Below, piece by piece: positions 9,530 to 19,522 of a stretch of DNA of 64,000 nt (position 1 is the stretch's first letter; each line of letters begins with the position of its first letter). Position numbers and translations under genes: made by a program. The stretch comes from an uncultured delta proteobacterium (lineage in GTDB: Bacteria > Desulfobacterota > Binatia > Binatales > Binataceae), in NCBI GenBank assembly GCA_963808235.1, contig CAWEEQ010000004.1, positions 480,001 to 544,000 on the forward strand, written 5' to 3'. Below the pieces are notes generated by a model. It was not told where the DNA came from and searched no databases. It saw only the letters and a program-made list of their open reading frames with translations.

Positions 9530-11249
9530 TGATGTCGAATTCCTCCAGCCGCTCTTTCATCCGCGCCAGGTCGCCCGCATCGAGCACGATCACCGTGCGA
9601 CCCGGCCGTTCCCAGACGCGGAACATCTGTTCGTCGTTGTTCAGGAACCATTCTCGCGCGTCCGGATCGTGACCCGCACCGAAGTCGAGTTCGGTCCGGC
9701 CGCCGACCAGGATCACCCGGCGTCGGTTGTAAAACGGAAGCGACTGAACGTAGCGATGATAACAGATGATAGTCGCGTCGGGTGCCTTTTCGGCGATCGT
9801 GCGGCTCAAGTCGGCGTACGAGCGCATCGGCTCGGTCTCCAGCCGCGCCCATCCCCCGGCCATCAGCGCGAACGCGAGCGTGACGACGATTGCACCGAGT
9901 CCCAGCGCCTTACGCTGGATCATGAAAATCGATGTAGTGATTGCGCCGCCGGCCAGCAAAATCGCGGCAATCGCGTACATCGCAGGTCGCGCCGCCATAA
10001 CATAAGGAGTGCGGAACTGCGCCGCTGCGATCGCCGCGATCATCACGCCAGCACCCATCAGGGCGAGCATCGGTCCGCTCTCGATCAGAATGCGGGAATC
10101 CGGCGGGCGAAGCGCGGCGCGAGAGCTGGCGTCGGGCCATGCGCAGCACGCCAGTCCGTCCGCGATCAAAACGGCAAGCGGAGGAACCGCCGGCAGCACG
10201 TATGGGATCAACTTGGCGCTCGCGCATGAGAACGCGACGATCGTCACGGCGGCTGCTACGACGCAGAATCGTCGCGCGGGATTTCTCGACGCCGAACGCC
10301 AGGTCAGGAACGGCACCAGCATCGACCACGGCAGCAATCCGAGCGCGAGAACCGGGATGTAGAAATAAAAGGATTCGCTATGGCTGTAGTCCGCATCGAA
10401 GACGCGTCTCAAATGCTCGCCGACGAAATAGAAATCGAAAAACCCGGGCTCGCGGATAGTCATCAGGATAAACCACGGCGCCGCGAGAAGCGTCGTGAGC
10501 GCGAGGCCGGGGATCACGCGGAATCTCCGGATTGCGCCGCCAAGTTCGCGATTCCATCCGAGAAATATCACCATCGTAAGGATCGGAAGCGCCGCACCGA
10601 CCGGTCCCTTGGTCATCACCGCCAAGCCCATCGCTGCGTAGGCAATCCAGCACCATCGCGCACTCTCTTTCCAGGCCAGATAAAAGGAGAAGGTTGCGAT
10701 CGTCACCATCGCTGTCAGCAGCATGTCGGTCGTAATCACCTGTGCCATGACCGCATAGAGCGGAGTCGTCGCGAGGATTGCGCCGGCAAGAATCGCGTGG
10801 CGTCGTCCGTACGCGTGAAGCGCGAACCAGTAGGTCGCGAGAATCCCGCCGATCGCTGACAATGCGACCGGCAACCGCGCGGCAAATTCCGAGACTCCGA
10901 AGATCCAGAAAGAAAGCGTCGTCAGCCAATAAAGCAGCGGAGGCTTTTCCACGTAGGCGACATAATTGAGATGCGGCACGATCGCGCTGCCGCCATGCAG
11001 CATCTCGCGAGCGATCTCCGCGTAGCGCGCCTCGTCAGGCTCCCACAGTCCGTACGAGCCCAGATGAAAGAAAAATATAGCGCTCGCGAGCGCGACAATC
11101 GCGGCGACGTCGTACGCGATCGATGTCGTCGGCGCATGCCGCTGAGACTCGGCGTCGAGTGCGGGCGTGGCGTTAGCGCTACGGGCGGTCTCGGACACGA
11201 AAGTTAAGTCTAACGTGTCGAGGCGGGACCGCGAAATCGCACGGGACAA
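9453..11249 (-). CDS. ArnT-like GT-C (PMT/GT39/GT83) polyprenyl-phosphate sugar transferase
   Basis: LWEPDEARYAEIAREM, YVEKPPLLYW, SEFAARLP, MTKGPVG, AKLIPYVLP; multiple TM segments; start uncertain. Confidence 0.88.
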   Translation of the reverse strand: MSRAISRSRLDTLDLTFVSETARSANATPALDAESQRHAPTTSIAYDVAAIVALASAIFFFHLGSYGLWEPDEARYAEIAREMLHGGSAIVPHLNYVAYVEKPPLLYWLTTLSFWIFGVSEFAARLPVALSAIGGILATYWFALHAYGRRHAILAGAILATTPLYAVMAQVITTDMLLTAMVTIATFSFYLAWKESARWCWIAYAAMGLAVMTKGPVGAALPILTMVIFLGWNRELGGAIRRFRVIPGLALTTLLAAPWFILMTIREPGFFDFYFVGEHLRRVFDADYSHSESFYFYIPVLALGLLPWSMLVPFLTWRSASRNPARRFCVVAAAVTIVAFSCASAKLIPYVLPAVPPLAVLIADGLACCAWPDASSRAALRPPDSRILIESGPMLALMGAGVMIAAIAAAQFRTPYVMAARPAMYAIAAILLAGGAITTSIFMIQRKALGLGAIVVTLAFALMAGGWARLETEPMRSYADLSRTIAEKAPDATIICYHRYVQSLPFYNRRRVILVGGRTELDFGAGHDPDAREWFLNNDEQMFRVWERPGRTVIVLDAGDLARMKERLEEFDIIAIEGKKRAIIRRERISNREPITTN

Positions 11250-11355
11250 AGCTTGGCGCCCTCTCCCGCACCGGCCTCGATGATGCTAGTGTCTGGCGTC
11301 ATCGAGCCGGAGGTTGCCGGCCGTTGAACTCCTATCATTCACTTCACGAGGTCGT

Positions 11356-11784
11356 ATGTCCTTCTATCGTCTAGTTGTACCAGCAATCCTCCTCGCCCTC
11401 GCGGCAGCGCCCCTGGCTGCCCGGGCTGCCGGCGAGTCCACCACGCCCAGCGGCCTGCGCATCATCGACGTCAAGCCGGGCACCGGACCCATGCCGCAGG
11501 CCGGCCAGACGGTGACGGTCAATTACACCGGCTGGCTGTTTGTCGACGGCAAGAAGGGCAAGAAATTCGACAGCTCACTGGACCGAAACGAGCCATTTTC
11601 CTTTACGATTGGCCAGGGCCAGGTCATCAAGGGTTGGGACGAAGGCGTCGCCACCATGCATGTCGGCGGCAAGCGCACGCTGATCATTCCGCCGGACCTG
11701 GGCTATGACGCGCGCGGCGCCGGCGGCGTTATCCCACCGGACGCCACGCTGATCTTCAACGTCGATCTGCTCGGCGTGAAGTAG
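11356..11784 (+). CDS. Exported FKBP-type peptidyl-prolyl cis-trans isomerase
   Basis: Signal peptide ending ARA; [32 protein letters not shown]. Confidence 0.95.
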   Translation: MSFYRLVVPAILLALAAAPLAARAAGESTTPSGLRIIDVKPGTGPMPQAGQTVTVNYTGWLFVDGKKGKKFDSSLDRNEPFSFTIGQGQVIKGWDEGVATMHVGGKRTLIIPPDLGYDARGAGGVIPPDATLIFNVDLLGVK

Positions 11785-11809
11785 CCGGTCGGCGCATCGG
11801 GACAGAGCG

Positions 11810-13546
11810 CTAGTATCCGAGCGCGCCGCCGCCTTTGCGCGGATCGAACGCGCCACGGAAATTTCCCGGCGCTAGCGTGATCGCGTTCACCGCACCGAGC
11901 ATCGGCACGACTTTGAGCTTGTACCCCATTTGTTCCAGCGCGTTGCGCGTGGCCGGCGCAATCGTCTGCTCGACTATCACTACGTCAGGCTCGGCCTGTT
12001 CATGGATTCTGGGTTCGGCTACCGCGCTTGCCGGGTCGAGATGAAAGTCGAGAATATTCAGCGCGACTTGCAACACGCCGCTGACAATCGTCGGTCCGCC
12101 GGAACCGCCGGTCGCCATGAACGGGCGCCCCTTCTTGGTAACGATAATCGGCGCCATCGAGGACAGCGGCCGCTTGCCCGGCCTGATCTCATTGGCGAGT
12201 TCGCCTTGTAGGTGATACGCGTTCGGCACTCCCGGCGCGATTCCGAAATCATCCATCTCATCGTTCAGCAGAATGCCCAGTGCGGGCACGCTCACCTTCG
12301 CGCCGAACACGGTGTTGATCGTTGTCGTCAGCGCGACGACGTTGCCGTCCTTGTCTGCCACCAGCAGATTCGACGTGCCATGGTCGTGCGCCGGCGCCGG
12401 CGGCGTCGGTGCCGGCGAATGTTTGTGCAGCGCGCGCTCGCGCAGCTCGAGAATGTGCGAGTCGGACAGCATCTGCTGGATTTCGACGCCGACGAAAGCA
12501 GGGTCTGCATATTGTGCGCGATCGATAAATCCCTGGCGCATCACTTCAATCAGCCGCGCTAGATATGGAGGCGAGTTGATGCCGAGTCCCGCCAGACGCC
12601 CAGTTTCCAGCGCCCCCAGCATCTCGAGCACGACTCCGCCCGACGACGGCGGCGGCATCGTATAGATGTCATAACCTTCATAGTGGCGGCGAATCGGATT
12701 GCGCCAGGCCGGGCGATAGTTCGCGAAATCGTTTGCGCCGATCAATCCGCCATGCGCCGCCATGAATGCTGCGATCGCCGCTGCGACCGTGCCGTGGTAG
12801 AAACTCGCGACCGGATCGTCGCCGAGACCCTTCAACGTCGCGGCGAGATTCTTCTCGACGATCGTGTCGCCCGCTTTCGGCGCGGAGCCGTCGGGCTTCA
12901 GGAAGACTTCGCGCAATCCAGGGTCGTCCTTGAGCTTCGCGGCCATCTGCGCAATCTCGCCGGCCAGATGCGGACTTGCGCCAAAGCCATCGCCGGCGAG
13001 CTTGATCGCGGGTGCGGCGATTTGCTGAAACTTCATGGTGCCGAAGCGCCGCAGGGCGGCATCGATTCCGGCTATTTCGCCCGGCACCGCGACTGCGAGC
13101 ACGCCATTCTGCGCGAGCTCGGTGTTGGGCTTGCCACCCTGCATGAACATGTCGGGATGAGCCTTCAGCGGCGCGGTCTCGCGATAGTCGAGCGCGTAGA
13201 AGGCACGGTCCTTCGCGACGTAAATCAGCATGAAGCCGCCGCCGCCGATTCCGCACGAAGCCGGATTCGTCACCCCGACCGCGAGCGCAGTCGCGACCGC
13301 CGCATCGATCGCATTTCCTCCATGCTTCAGTATCTCGAGCCCCGCGCCGGCTGCGTCTTCGCTCTCTGAGACAACCATCCCATGCGTTCCGACTGCGGAC
13401 CGATCCGGCGCCACGTCAGCGGCAAAAGATTGCGGTTGGATCGAAAAGGAAATCGCGAGCGCAATCGGTATGACCGTCGCGCGAAGGCATTTGGCGGACA
13501 GGCGGCCGCGGAATTTTACAAACATCAGCGCTTTACTAACAGCCAT
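11810..13546 (-). CDS. ggt: Gamma-glutamyltransferase
   Basis: GGNAIDAA, GIGGGGF, LDYRETAP, HGTSN (Thr nucleophile), LNDEMDDF, RPLSSMAP, GGSGG. Confidence 0.95.
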   Translation of the reverse strand: MAVSKALMFVKFRGRLSAKCLRATVIPIALAISFSIQPQSFAADVAPDRSAVGTHGMVVSESEDAAGAGLEILKHGGNAIDAAVATALAVGVTNPASCGIGGGGFMLIYVAKDRAFYALDYRETAPLKAHPDMFMQGGKPNTELAQNGVLAVAVPGEIAGIDAALRRFGTMKFQQIAAPAIKLAGDGFGASPHLAGEIAQMAAKLKDDPGLREVFLKPDGSAPKAGDTIVEKNLAATLKGLGDDPVASFYHGTVAAAIAAFMAAHGGLIGANDFANYRPAWRNPIRRHYEGYDIYTMPPPSSGGVVLEMLGALETGRLAGLGINSPPYLARLIEVMRQGFIDRAQYADPAFVGVEIQQMLSDSHILELRERALHKHSPAPTPPAPAHDHGTSNLLVADKDGNVVALTTTINTVFGAKVSVPALGILLNDEMDDFGIAPGVPNAYHLQGELANEIRPGKRPLSSMAPIIVTKKGRPFMATGGSGGPTIVSGVLQVALNILDFHLDPASAVAEPRIHEQAEPDVVIVEQTIAPATRNALEQMGYKLKVVPMLGAVNAITLAPGNFRGAFDPRKGGGALGY

Positions 13547-13658
13547 CGCTGAGCGATGAAAGTGTTAGATTTCGCGATCTGGAAGTGCTTTGATCACGCC
13601 AAGCACGTTCGAAAGAGCCCTAGGGCTCGCCGTCATATTCCGAACCGGAGGAATGAAA

Positions 13659-14477
13659 ATGAACTTTGCCGAAATCATCTACGAGAAAAAAGATCGCGTG
13701 GCCACCGTCACGATGAACCGGCCCGAGAAGATGAACGCATGGACGCCGAAGATGGGCGCGGAGATGCGCACTGCCATGATGGATGCGGAGCGCGACCCTG
13801 ACATCGGCGCGATAATCCTGACCGGCGCGGGCCGCGCATATTGCGCGGGCGCAGACATGAGTGCGCTTTCGAATATCGCGTCGGGGCACGGGTCGGCTCG
13901 CGCTGCCGAAGAGCCGGATCCGTCGATGGCCCAACAGCGCGCCGACTACCGCACCTCCTACTCGTGGCCGCTGGGACTCAGCACGCCGGTAATCGGCGCG
14001 ATCAACGGCGCGTGTGTCGGACTTGGCTTCACGACTTGCCTTTACCAGGACATCCGGATCGCGTCGGAGAACGCGCGCATGGGATTGATCTTCACCCAGC
14101 GCGGGCTTGCGATCGAGCACGGGAGCAGCTGGATGCTGCCGCGAATCGTCGGGCTGGCGCGTGCGATGGAGTTGGCGGTCACCGGCAGGCTGGTCGATGC
14201 GAACGAGGCGCTCGAGATGGGCCTGGTAAGTCGCGTCGTGCCGCAAGACAAATTGATGGCTACCGCGCGCGAGATCGCATCGGGGATCGCCACCAAGTGT
14301 TCGCCGCTCGGCGTCGCGCAGGCCAAGAAGATGATCTATCAGCATCTGTTCACCGATCTCGCGACCGGTGTGCGCGACGACGACGCGTCGATGGAGATGA
14401 TGACGCACTCGGAAGATTTCAAGGAAGGCGTGAAAGCGTTTTTGGAAAAGCGCGCGCCGAAGTTTACCGGCAAGTAG
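13659..14477 (+). CDS. Enoyl-CoA hydratase/isomerase (crotonase) family protein
   Basis: NRPEKMNA, AYCAGAD, AINGACVGLG, DFKEGVKAFLEKRAPKF; GGAGG RBS upstream. Confidence 0.92.
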   Translation: MNFAEIIYEKKDRVATVTMNRPEKMNAWTPKMGAEMRTAMMDAERDPDIGAIILTGAGRAYCAGADMSALSNIASGHGSARAAEEPDPSMAQQRADYRTSYSWPLGLSTPVIGAINGACVGLGFTTCLYQDIRIASENARMGLIFTQRGLAIEHGSSWMLPRIVGLARAMELAVTGRLVDANEALEMGLVSRVVPQDKLMATAREIASGIATKCSPLGVAQAKKMIYQHLFTDLATGVRDDDASMEMMTHSEDFKEGVKAFLEKRAPKFTGK

Positions 14478-14497
14478 GGGTCGTGAAGTAACGCAGA

Positions 14498-14538
14498 ACC
14501 CCCACCTAACCTCTCTCGTAAAGTAACGGGCGAGGGAG
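14498..14538. repeat. REP-like imperfect palindrome, intergenic copy between convergent genes
   Basis: acccccacctaacctctctcgtaaagtaacgggcgagggag; 36/41 nt identical to 48261-48301. Confidence 0.8.
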
Positions 14539-14545
14539 CAGAGAG

Positions 14546-15046
14546 CTACTTGTCGAGCGGGTGCTTGAATTTGCGATCGGGATGACGAATCGTCAGCACC
14601 GGGCAGGGCGCTTTCTGGACCACGCGCTCCGCCACACTGCCCATCAGGACGTGCGCCAACCCCGTGCGTCCATGAGTGCCGAGCACGATCAAGTCGGCGC
14701 CCTCGCTCTGCGCGGTGTGCAGGATCTCCAGGAACGGCGAGCCCACTTTGAGCAGACTCTTCACCTTGATGCCGCCGGTGCGCAGCTTGCCCGCGATCTT
14801 GTCGAGTTCCTTCTGCGCGAGCAGGCGCTGCTCCTCGGCGATTCGGCCCATCGCGCCCACGTCCATCGCCGGCCCGAGCTCCGGCGTCATCATGACCGGC
14901 GCGAGCGGCTGATCGACGTGCAGGAGTACGATCTCGGCGGAGAACTTGGTCGCCAATTCCTGCGCGAAGCTGAGCGCGAGATTTGAGTCCTCGGAAAAAT
15001 CCGTAGCAGCGACGATTTTTGAAAAGGTTGGCACAGTCGGAACCAT
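14546..15046 (-). CDS. Universal stress protein
   Basis: KIVAATDFSEDS, ADLIVLGTHGRTGLAHVLMGSVAERVVQKAPCPVL; start ATG 15046 or GTG 15034 rather than 15166. Confidence 0.93.
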   Translation of the reverse strand: MVPTVPTFSKIVAATDFSEDSNLALSFAQELATKFSAEIVLLHVDQPLAPVMMTPELGPAMDVGAMGRIAEEQRLLAQKELDKIAGKLRTGGIKVKSLLKVGSPFLEILHTAQSEGADLIVLGTHGRTGLAHVLMGSVAERVVQKAPCPVLTIRHPDRKFKHPLDK

Positions 15047-15158
15047 ACGACGCAAGCGTTGCGGTGGCAAGCGAAACAAACTGATGCGCGCGCGCGAGTC
15101 CTCGACCGCGCCACTATCGTGCGTTACATTTTCTTGAGGATCGTGGGAAACTGAGCAT

Positions 15159-15536
15159 ATGGCCACTCGCCGCGGATTTGGAATTGACGACTTCGAACGC
15201 GCCTTCGACGAGTTCTTCGACGAACTTCTGATCGATCGATGGAAGTGCGGAACCGAGTCCGGTCGTTTCGAGCGCGCCCAGGTGACCGATCATCCCGATC
15301 GGTACGAAGTTCACGTCGCCGCGCTGGGCGTCGATCCGGCAAAAATTCAGGTCGAAGTCTCAGGCCAGCGAGTCGCGTTACGGATGCCCGAGAACCTCGG
15401 CGGGATCCTGCAGAGATCGTTTTCTTTCTCCGACGCGATCGACGGTGAAGCTTCGACCGCGCGATGGTCCGAAGGCACGCTCATCGTCACGTTGCCCAAA
15501 AAGAAAGCGCGACGAATCTCGCTCAAGGACGTTTGA
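15159..15536 (+). CDS. Hsp20/alpha-crystallin family small heat shock protein (divergent)
   Basis: YEVHVAALGVDPAKIQVEV..QRSFSF..ID..ARWSEGTLIVTLPK pattern. Confidence 0.8.
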   Translation: MATRRGFGIDDFERAFDEFFDELLIDRWKCGTESGRFERAQVTDHPDRYEVHVAALGVDPAKIQVEVSGQRVALRMPENLGGILQRSFSFSDAIDGEASTARWSEGTLIVTLPKKKARRISLKDV

Positions 15537-15560
15537 GCCGCTCCCGACACAACTACTTAT

Positions 15561-18080
15561 ATGACCGACCACAGCGACCCCATCGCTACCCGCGGCAGCG
15601 CCGCGTTGCTTCCCGCGCAATCGCCCGCCGAGCTCGGCGCATCCGAATTGCGCATCCCGATTCTGCTTGACTCCGCGGCGCTCGAGCGCGCCGCGTCCGG
15701 CGACGGACTGATCGAGCTGTTCGGGCAGGGGCGGGCACTCGATGCAATCCGCCTAGCGATGGGAATCGATGCCCCCGGCTACAACGTTTTCGTAAGCGGA
15801 CTTCGCACTCGCCAGGAGCGCGAATCTGTACTGCGTCTGCTCGGCGAGAAAGCCGCAACGATGCCCACGCCGGGCGACTGGGTCTACGTAAATAATTTCA
15901 GAAATCCGGAATCTCCGGTCGCGATCTATTTGTTGCCGGGGCAGGGTGTGGAACTTCGCGAGCGCATGGCCGAGCTGCTGAGCTTTGTACTCGAGCAATT
16001 GCCCAAGGCGTTCCGGCGCGAGGACTTCGACCAGGAGCGCGCGGCGTTGCGCGACAAGTACAACAAGCGCGCGCAGGAACTGTTTGGCAATCTCGAGACT
16101 CGCGCGCGCGAGCGCGGGTTCGCGATCCAGAGCACGCCGTCGGGCCAGGTCATTTTCATTCCACTGATCGAAGGCAAGATGCCCGAGTCACCCGAGGCGC
16201 TGAACAAGGCGATGGCGGGAAGGACCGACGCCGAGCGCGAAGCGTTGGCCAAGGTCCAGGTCGAGTTGCAGGACGAACTCGCGACCCTGACCCTTCGTCA
16301 GCAGGAGATGATGCGCGAGTTGATCGAGGACATTCGCGCGATCGAACGCGCCTTTGCGGCCCGGCTCATCAACCCATCGATCGAAGACTTAAAGCATCGC
16401 ATTAAGAATCCTGCAGTAGATTCCTGGCTCGAACAGGTCGGCGAACACATGCTCGGCAATCTCGATCGGTTCCGCGAGCAGCCTGCCGAGCAGGGGCCGC
16501 CCCGGCCTCCTTCGATCGAGGACGGACCGCGATGGTTCGAGTACCAGGTCAACGTCCTGGTCGATAACTCGGCGACACGCGGTGCGCCGGTGGTGCTCGA
16601 GGACGCGCCGACTTATCGCAACCTGTTTGGCACCATCGAGCGCTGGATCGATCCGCTCGGGCGCTCGGGCACCAACTTCACGCGCATCATCGGCGGATCG
16701 TTTCTGAAATCGCACGGCGGTTTCCTGGTCTTCGACATGGAAGATGCGGCGATCGAGCCGGGAGTCTGGAAAACGCTCAAGCGCACGCTCAAGTCCGGCC
16801 GCATGACGCTCGAGACTTTCGAACCGTTGCCGTTTTTCTCGATGAGCGGGCTCAAGCCCGAGCCGATCGAGATTCACAACAAGGTCGTGGTGCTCGGCGG
16901 CGCATATCTTTACAACCTGCTCTATTTTTACGACACGGACTTCTCCGAACTGTTCAAAGTGAAAGCTGAGGTGCGGCCGGCGGTGGCCGCCGATGGGGCC
17001 GCTGCGGCGCATTACGCGGCGCGCGTCGGCGCACTCTCGCGCAGAGAGAATCTGCCGCCCTTCGACGCGAGTGCGCTGGAAAGAATTGTCGAGTTCGGGA
17101 TGCGCATGGCGGGCGATCGGACCCGGGTGCTCGCGATGCTCGAGCCGATCGACGATCTTGCGCGCGAGTCGGCTTACTTCGCGCGCGGCGAAGATGCCGC
17201 CCGGGTGAGCGGCGCGCATGTCGAGCGTGCGCTCGTGGAGCGGATGCTTCGGCTTAACTTTATCGAAGAGGAAATTCGCAGGCTCATCGCCAATGGCACG
17301 CTCATCGTCGAGATCAAGGGCACCAGCGTCGGACAGATCAACGGCCTCGCCGTGCTCGACGTCGGCGGGTACAGCTTCGGCCGTCCATCGCGCGTCACTG
17401 CGACGGTGGCGCTCGGGCAATCCGGCGTGATCAACATCGAGCGTGAAGCGCGGATGTCGGGCTCGACGCACGACAAGGGAATCATGATACTGAGCGGCTT
17501 TCTGCGCGCGCGCTTCGGACAGACTCATCCGCTCGCGATGACCGCGAGCCTTTGCTTCGAGCAATCTTACTCGGGAATCGACGGCGACAGCGCAAGCTCG
17601 ACTGAACTGTACGCGCTGCTCTCCGCGCTGTCGGGAGTGCCGCTGCGCCAGGACCTTGCGGTTACGGGTTCGGTCGATCAGCACGGCACCGTGCAGGCAA
17701 TCGGCGGTGTCAATCAAAAGGTCGAAGGCTTTTATCGTGTGTGCAAAACGATCGGTCTAACCGGCGCGCAGGGTGTGCTGGTGCCGCGCACCAACGTGTC
17801 GAATCTGACTCTGGATCCGGAAACCACCGGCGCAATCGAGCGCGGCCAGTTCCACATCTATCCAATTGACACGATCGATCACGGGATCGAGGCGCTCACC
17901 GGCGTGCGCGCGGGAACCATCGAGGAGCCTGGATCGATTAATTATCTCGTGGACCAGCGTCTGAAGAAGATGGCGGACATTCTGCGCGATCGCCCGATGG
18001 GCGAGACTCGCGTCGTGCAGGAGGCCGGCCAAAGTCCGCCGATTCCGAAACCGCCAACACCTCCAGAGCCGCCCCGCTAA
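15561..18080 (+). CDS. Lon-like S16 protease (LonB/LonC type with coiled-coil insertion)
   Basis: FGQGRA, YNVFVSG, DWVYVNNF, NLFGTIE, GQINGLAV, FEQSYSGIDGDSAS (Ser), IGGVNQKVEGF (Lys). Confidence 0.92.
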   Translation: MTDHSDPIATRGSAALLPAQSPAELGASELRIPILLDSAALERAASGDGLIELFGQGRALDAIRLAMGIDAPGYNVFVSGLRTRQERESVLRLLGEKAATMPTPGDWVYVNNFRNPESPVAIYLLPGQGVELRERMAELLSFVLEQLPKAFRREDFDQERAALRDKYNKRAQELFGNLETRARERGFAIQSTPSGQVIFIPLIEGKMPESPEALNKAMAGRTDAEREALAKVQVELQDELATLTLRQQEMMRELIEDIRAIERAFAARLINPSIEDLKHRIKNPAVDSWLEQVGEHMLGNLDRFREQPAEQGPPRPPSIEDGPRWFEYQVNVLVDNSATRGAPVVLEDAPTYRNLFGTIERWIDPLGRSGTNFTRIIGGSFLKSHGGFLVFDMEDAAIEPGVWKTLKRTLKSGRMTLETFEPLPFFSMSGLKPEPIEIHNKVVVLGGAYLYNLLYFYDTDFSELFKVKAEVRPAVAADGAAAAHYAARVGALSRRENLPPFDASALERIVEFGMRMAGDRTRVLAMLEPIDDLARESAYFARGEDAARVSGAHVERALVERMLRLNFIEEEIRRLIANGTLIVEIKGTSVGQINGLAVLDVGGYSFGRPSRVTATVALGQSGVINIEREARMSGSTHDKGIMILSGFLRARFGQTHPLAMTASLCFEQSYSGIDGDSASSTELYALLSALSGVPLRQDLAVTGSVDQHGTVQAIGGVNQKVEGFYRVCKTIGLTGAQGVLVPRTNVSNLTLDPETTGAIERGQFHIYPIDTIDHGIEALTGVRAGTIEEPGSINYLVDQRLKKMADILRDRPMGETRVVQEAGQSPPIPKPPTPPEPPR

Positions 18081-18116
18081 GCGCGATCTATCGCGCGCCG
18101 CAGAGATAGTTTCGCG

Positions 18117-19520
18117 ATGGCGATCGACCTCCGACTCGACCCCGCCGAAGTTGCGCTGCTGACCGATCTATACGAATTGACCGTCAGCGCGGCGTTCTTC
18201 GATCACGGCTTCAACGATATCGCGTCGTTTGAGCTCGCGATGCGCCGGATGCCGCCGGGGCGCGGCTTCATGATCGCGGCCGGTGTCGAGCGCCTGGCCG
18301 AAGCGCTGGAGCATTACCGCTTCGACGATGCGGCCATCGAGCATCTGCAATCGCTGAAGCTCTTCAAGGCCGAGTTTCTCGAGTACCTATCGAAACTCCG
18401 CTTCACCGGCTCGATCCGCGCACTACCCGAAGGAACAATTTATTTCGCCGGCGAACCAATTCTCGAAATTCGCGCGCCGCTCATCGAAGCCCAACTGATC
18501 GAGACGCTGGCGCTCAATCAGCTCGGTTTCGCGTCGATCGTCGCGACCAAGGCTGCGCGATGCTTTACAGTCGCCGGAGGCCGGCGCCTGGTGGACTTCA
18601 GCCCGCGTCGCGCGCAAGGCGCCGATGCGTCGCTCGTCGCGGCGCGCTCCAGCTACCTCGCCGGCTTTCACGGCTCCGCCAACGTGCTCGCGGGAAAACG
18701 TTATGGGATCCCCGTTTTCGGCACCATGAGTCACAGCTTCGTGATGGCGCATGAGAACGAGCGCGACGCGTTCAGCGATTTCGTAAACAGCTTCCCGACT
18801 CTGAGTACTTTGCTGGTCGACACTTACGATACGGTACGCGGAGTCGAAAATGCGGCGGCGGTGGCTGTGCAGGTTCGAGAGGCGGGCGCAAAAGTCCAGG
18901 CGCTGCGGCTCGACAGCGGAGATCTACACGCGCTCAGCCGCCGGGCGCGCGTGATTCTCGATAAGGCCGGTCACAGCGATATCTCGATTGTCGCGAGTGG
19001 CAACCTGGACGAGTTCAAGATCGCCGAGCTCGTCGACGCAAGCGCTCCAATCGACGCGTTCGGCGTCGGCACTGCCCTCGCCGTTAGTGACGACGCGCCC
19101 GCGGCCGACTTCACTTACAAGTTGGTCGATTACAAAAATCATGCGCGCCTGAAAACTTCGGCGGGCAAGATCTCCACCCCCGGCCGCAAGCAGCTCTTCC
19201 GTGCGTACGCATCGAACGGATCTTTTTACGCGGACTTGGTCGGCATTATCGATGAAGGCGCGACGACCGTCGCGCATGAATTCAAGACCGCGCCGGCCAA
19301 AACCGCTGCGCTGATGGAAAATATCTTCGAGCACGGCGCTCGCATCATGCCGCGTCCCGGTCTTTCCGAGGCGCGCGAGCGGGTGATGAATGGTCTGACC
19401 GCGCTGGACGCGCGGCACAAGGTGCTTCGCCGCCCGGCGGAGTTTCCGGTCCGTATGACCGCCGCGCTCAACGCGCTGATGATCAGCGAAAAGCTTCGCG
19501 CCGAAAAACGCCAGGACTAG
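18117..19520 (+). CDS. pncB: Nicotinate phosphoribosyltransferase
   Basis: LLTDLYELT, VATKAAR, GTMSHSFV, LLVDTYDT, RLDSGDL, ASGNLDE, FGVGT, YKLV. Confidence 0.95.
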   Translation: MAIDLRLDPAEVALLTDLYELTVSAAFFDHGFNDIASFELAMRRMPPGRGFMIAAGVERLAEALEHYRFDDAAIEHLQSLKLFKAEFLEYLSKLRFTGSIRALPEGTIYFAGEPILEIRAPLIEAQLIETLALNQLGFASIVATKAARCFTVAGGRRLVDFSPRRAQGADASLVAARSSYLAGFHGSANVLAGKRYGIPVFGTMSHSFVMAHENERDAFSDFVNSFPTLSTLLVDTYDTVRGVENAAAVAVQVREAGAKVQALRLDSGDLHALSRRARVILDKAGHSDISIVASGNLDEFKIAELVDASAPIDAFGVGTALAVSDDAPAADFTYKLVDYKNHARLKTSAGKISTPGRKQLFRAYASNGSFYADLVGIIDEGATTVAHEFKTAPAKTAALMENIFEHGARIMPRPGLSEARERVMNGLTALDARHKVLRRPAEFPVRMTAALNALMISEKLRAEKRQD

Positions 19521-19522
19521 GA

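Noticed and set aside
16389-17717. Long antisense/alternate-frame ORFs (also 9153-10229, 20621-21682, 21666-22811, 26131-27234, 26259-27449, 37228-38253, 49355-50374, 59960-61159)
   Set aside because: They overlap well-supported genes, are Arg/Ala-rich without recognisable motifs, and are expected shadow ORFs in high-GC DNA.
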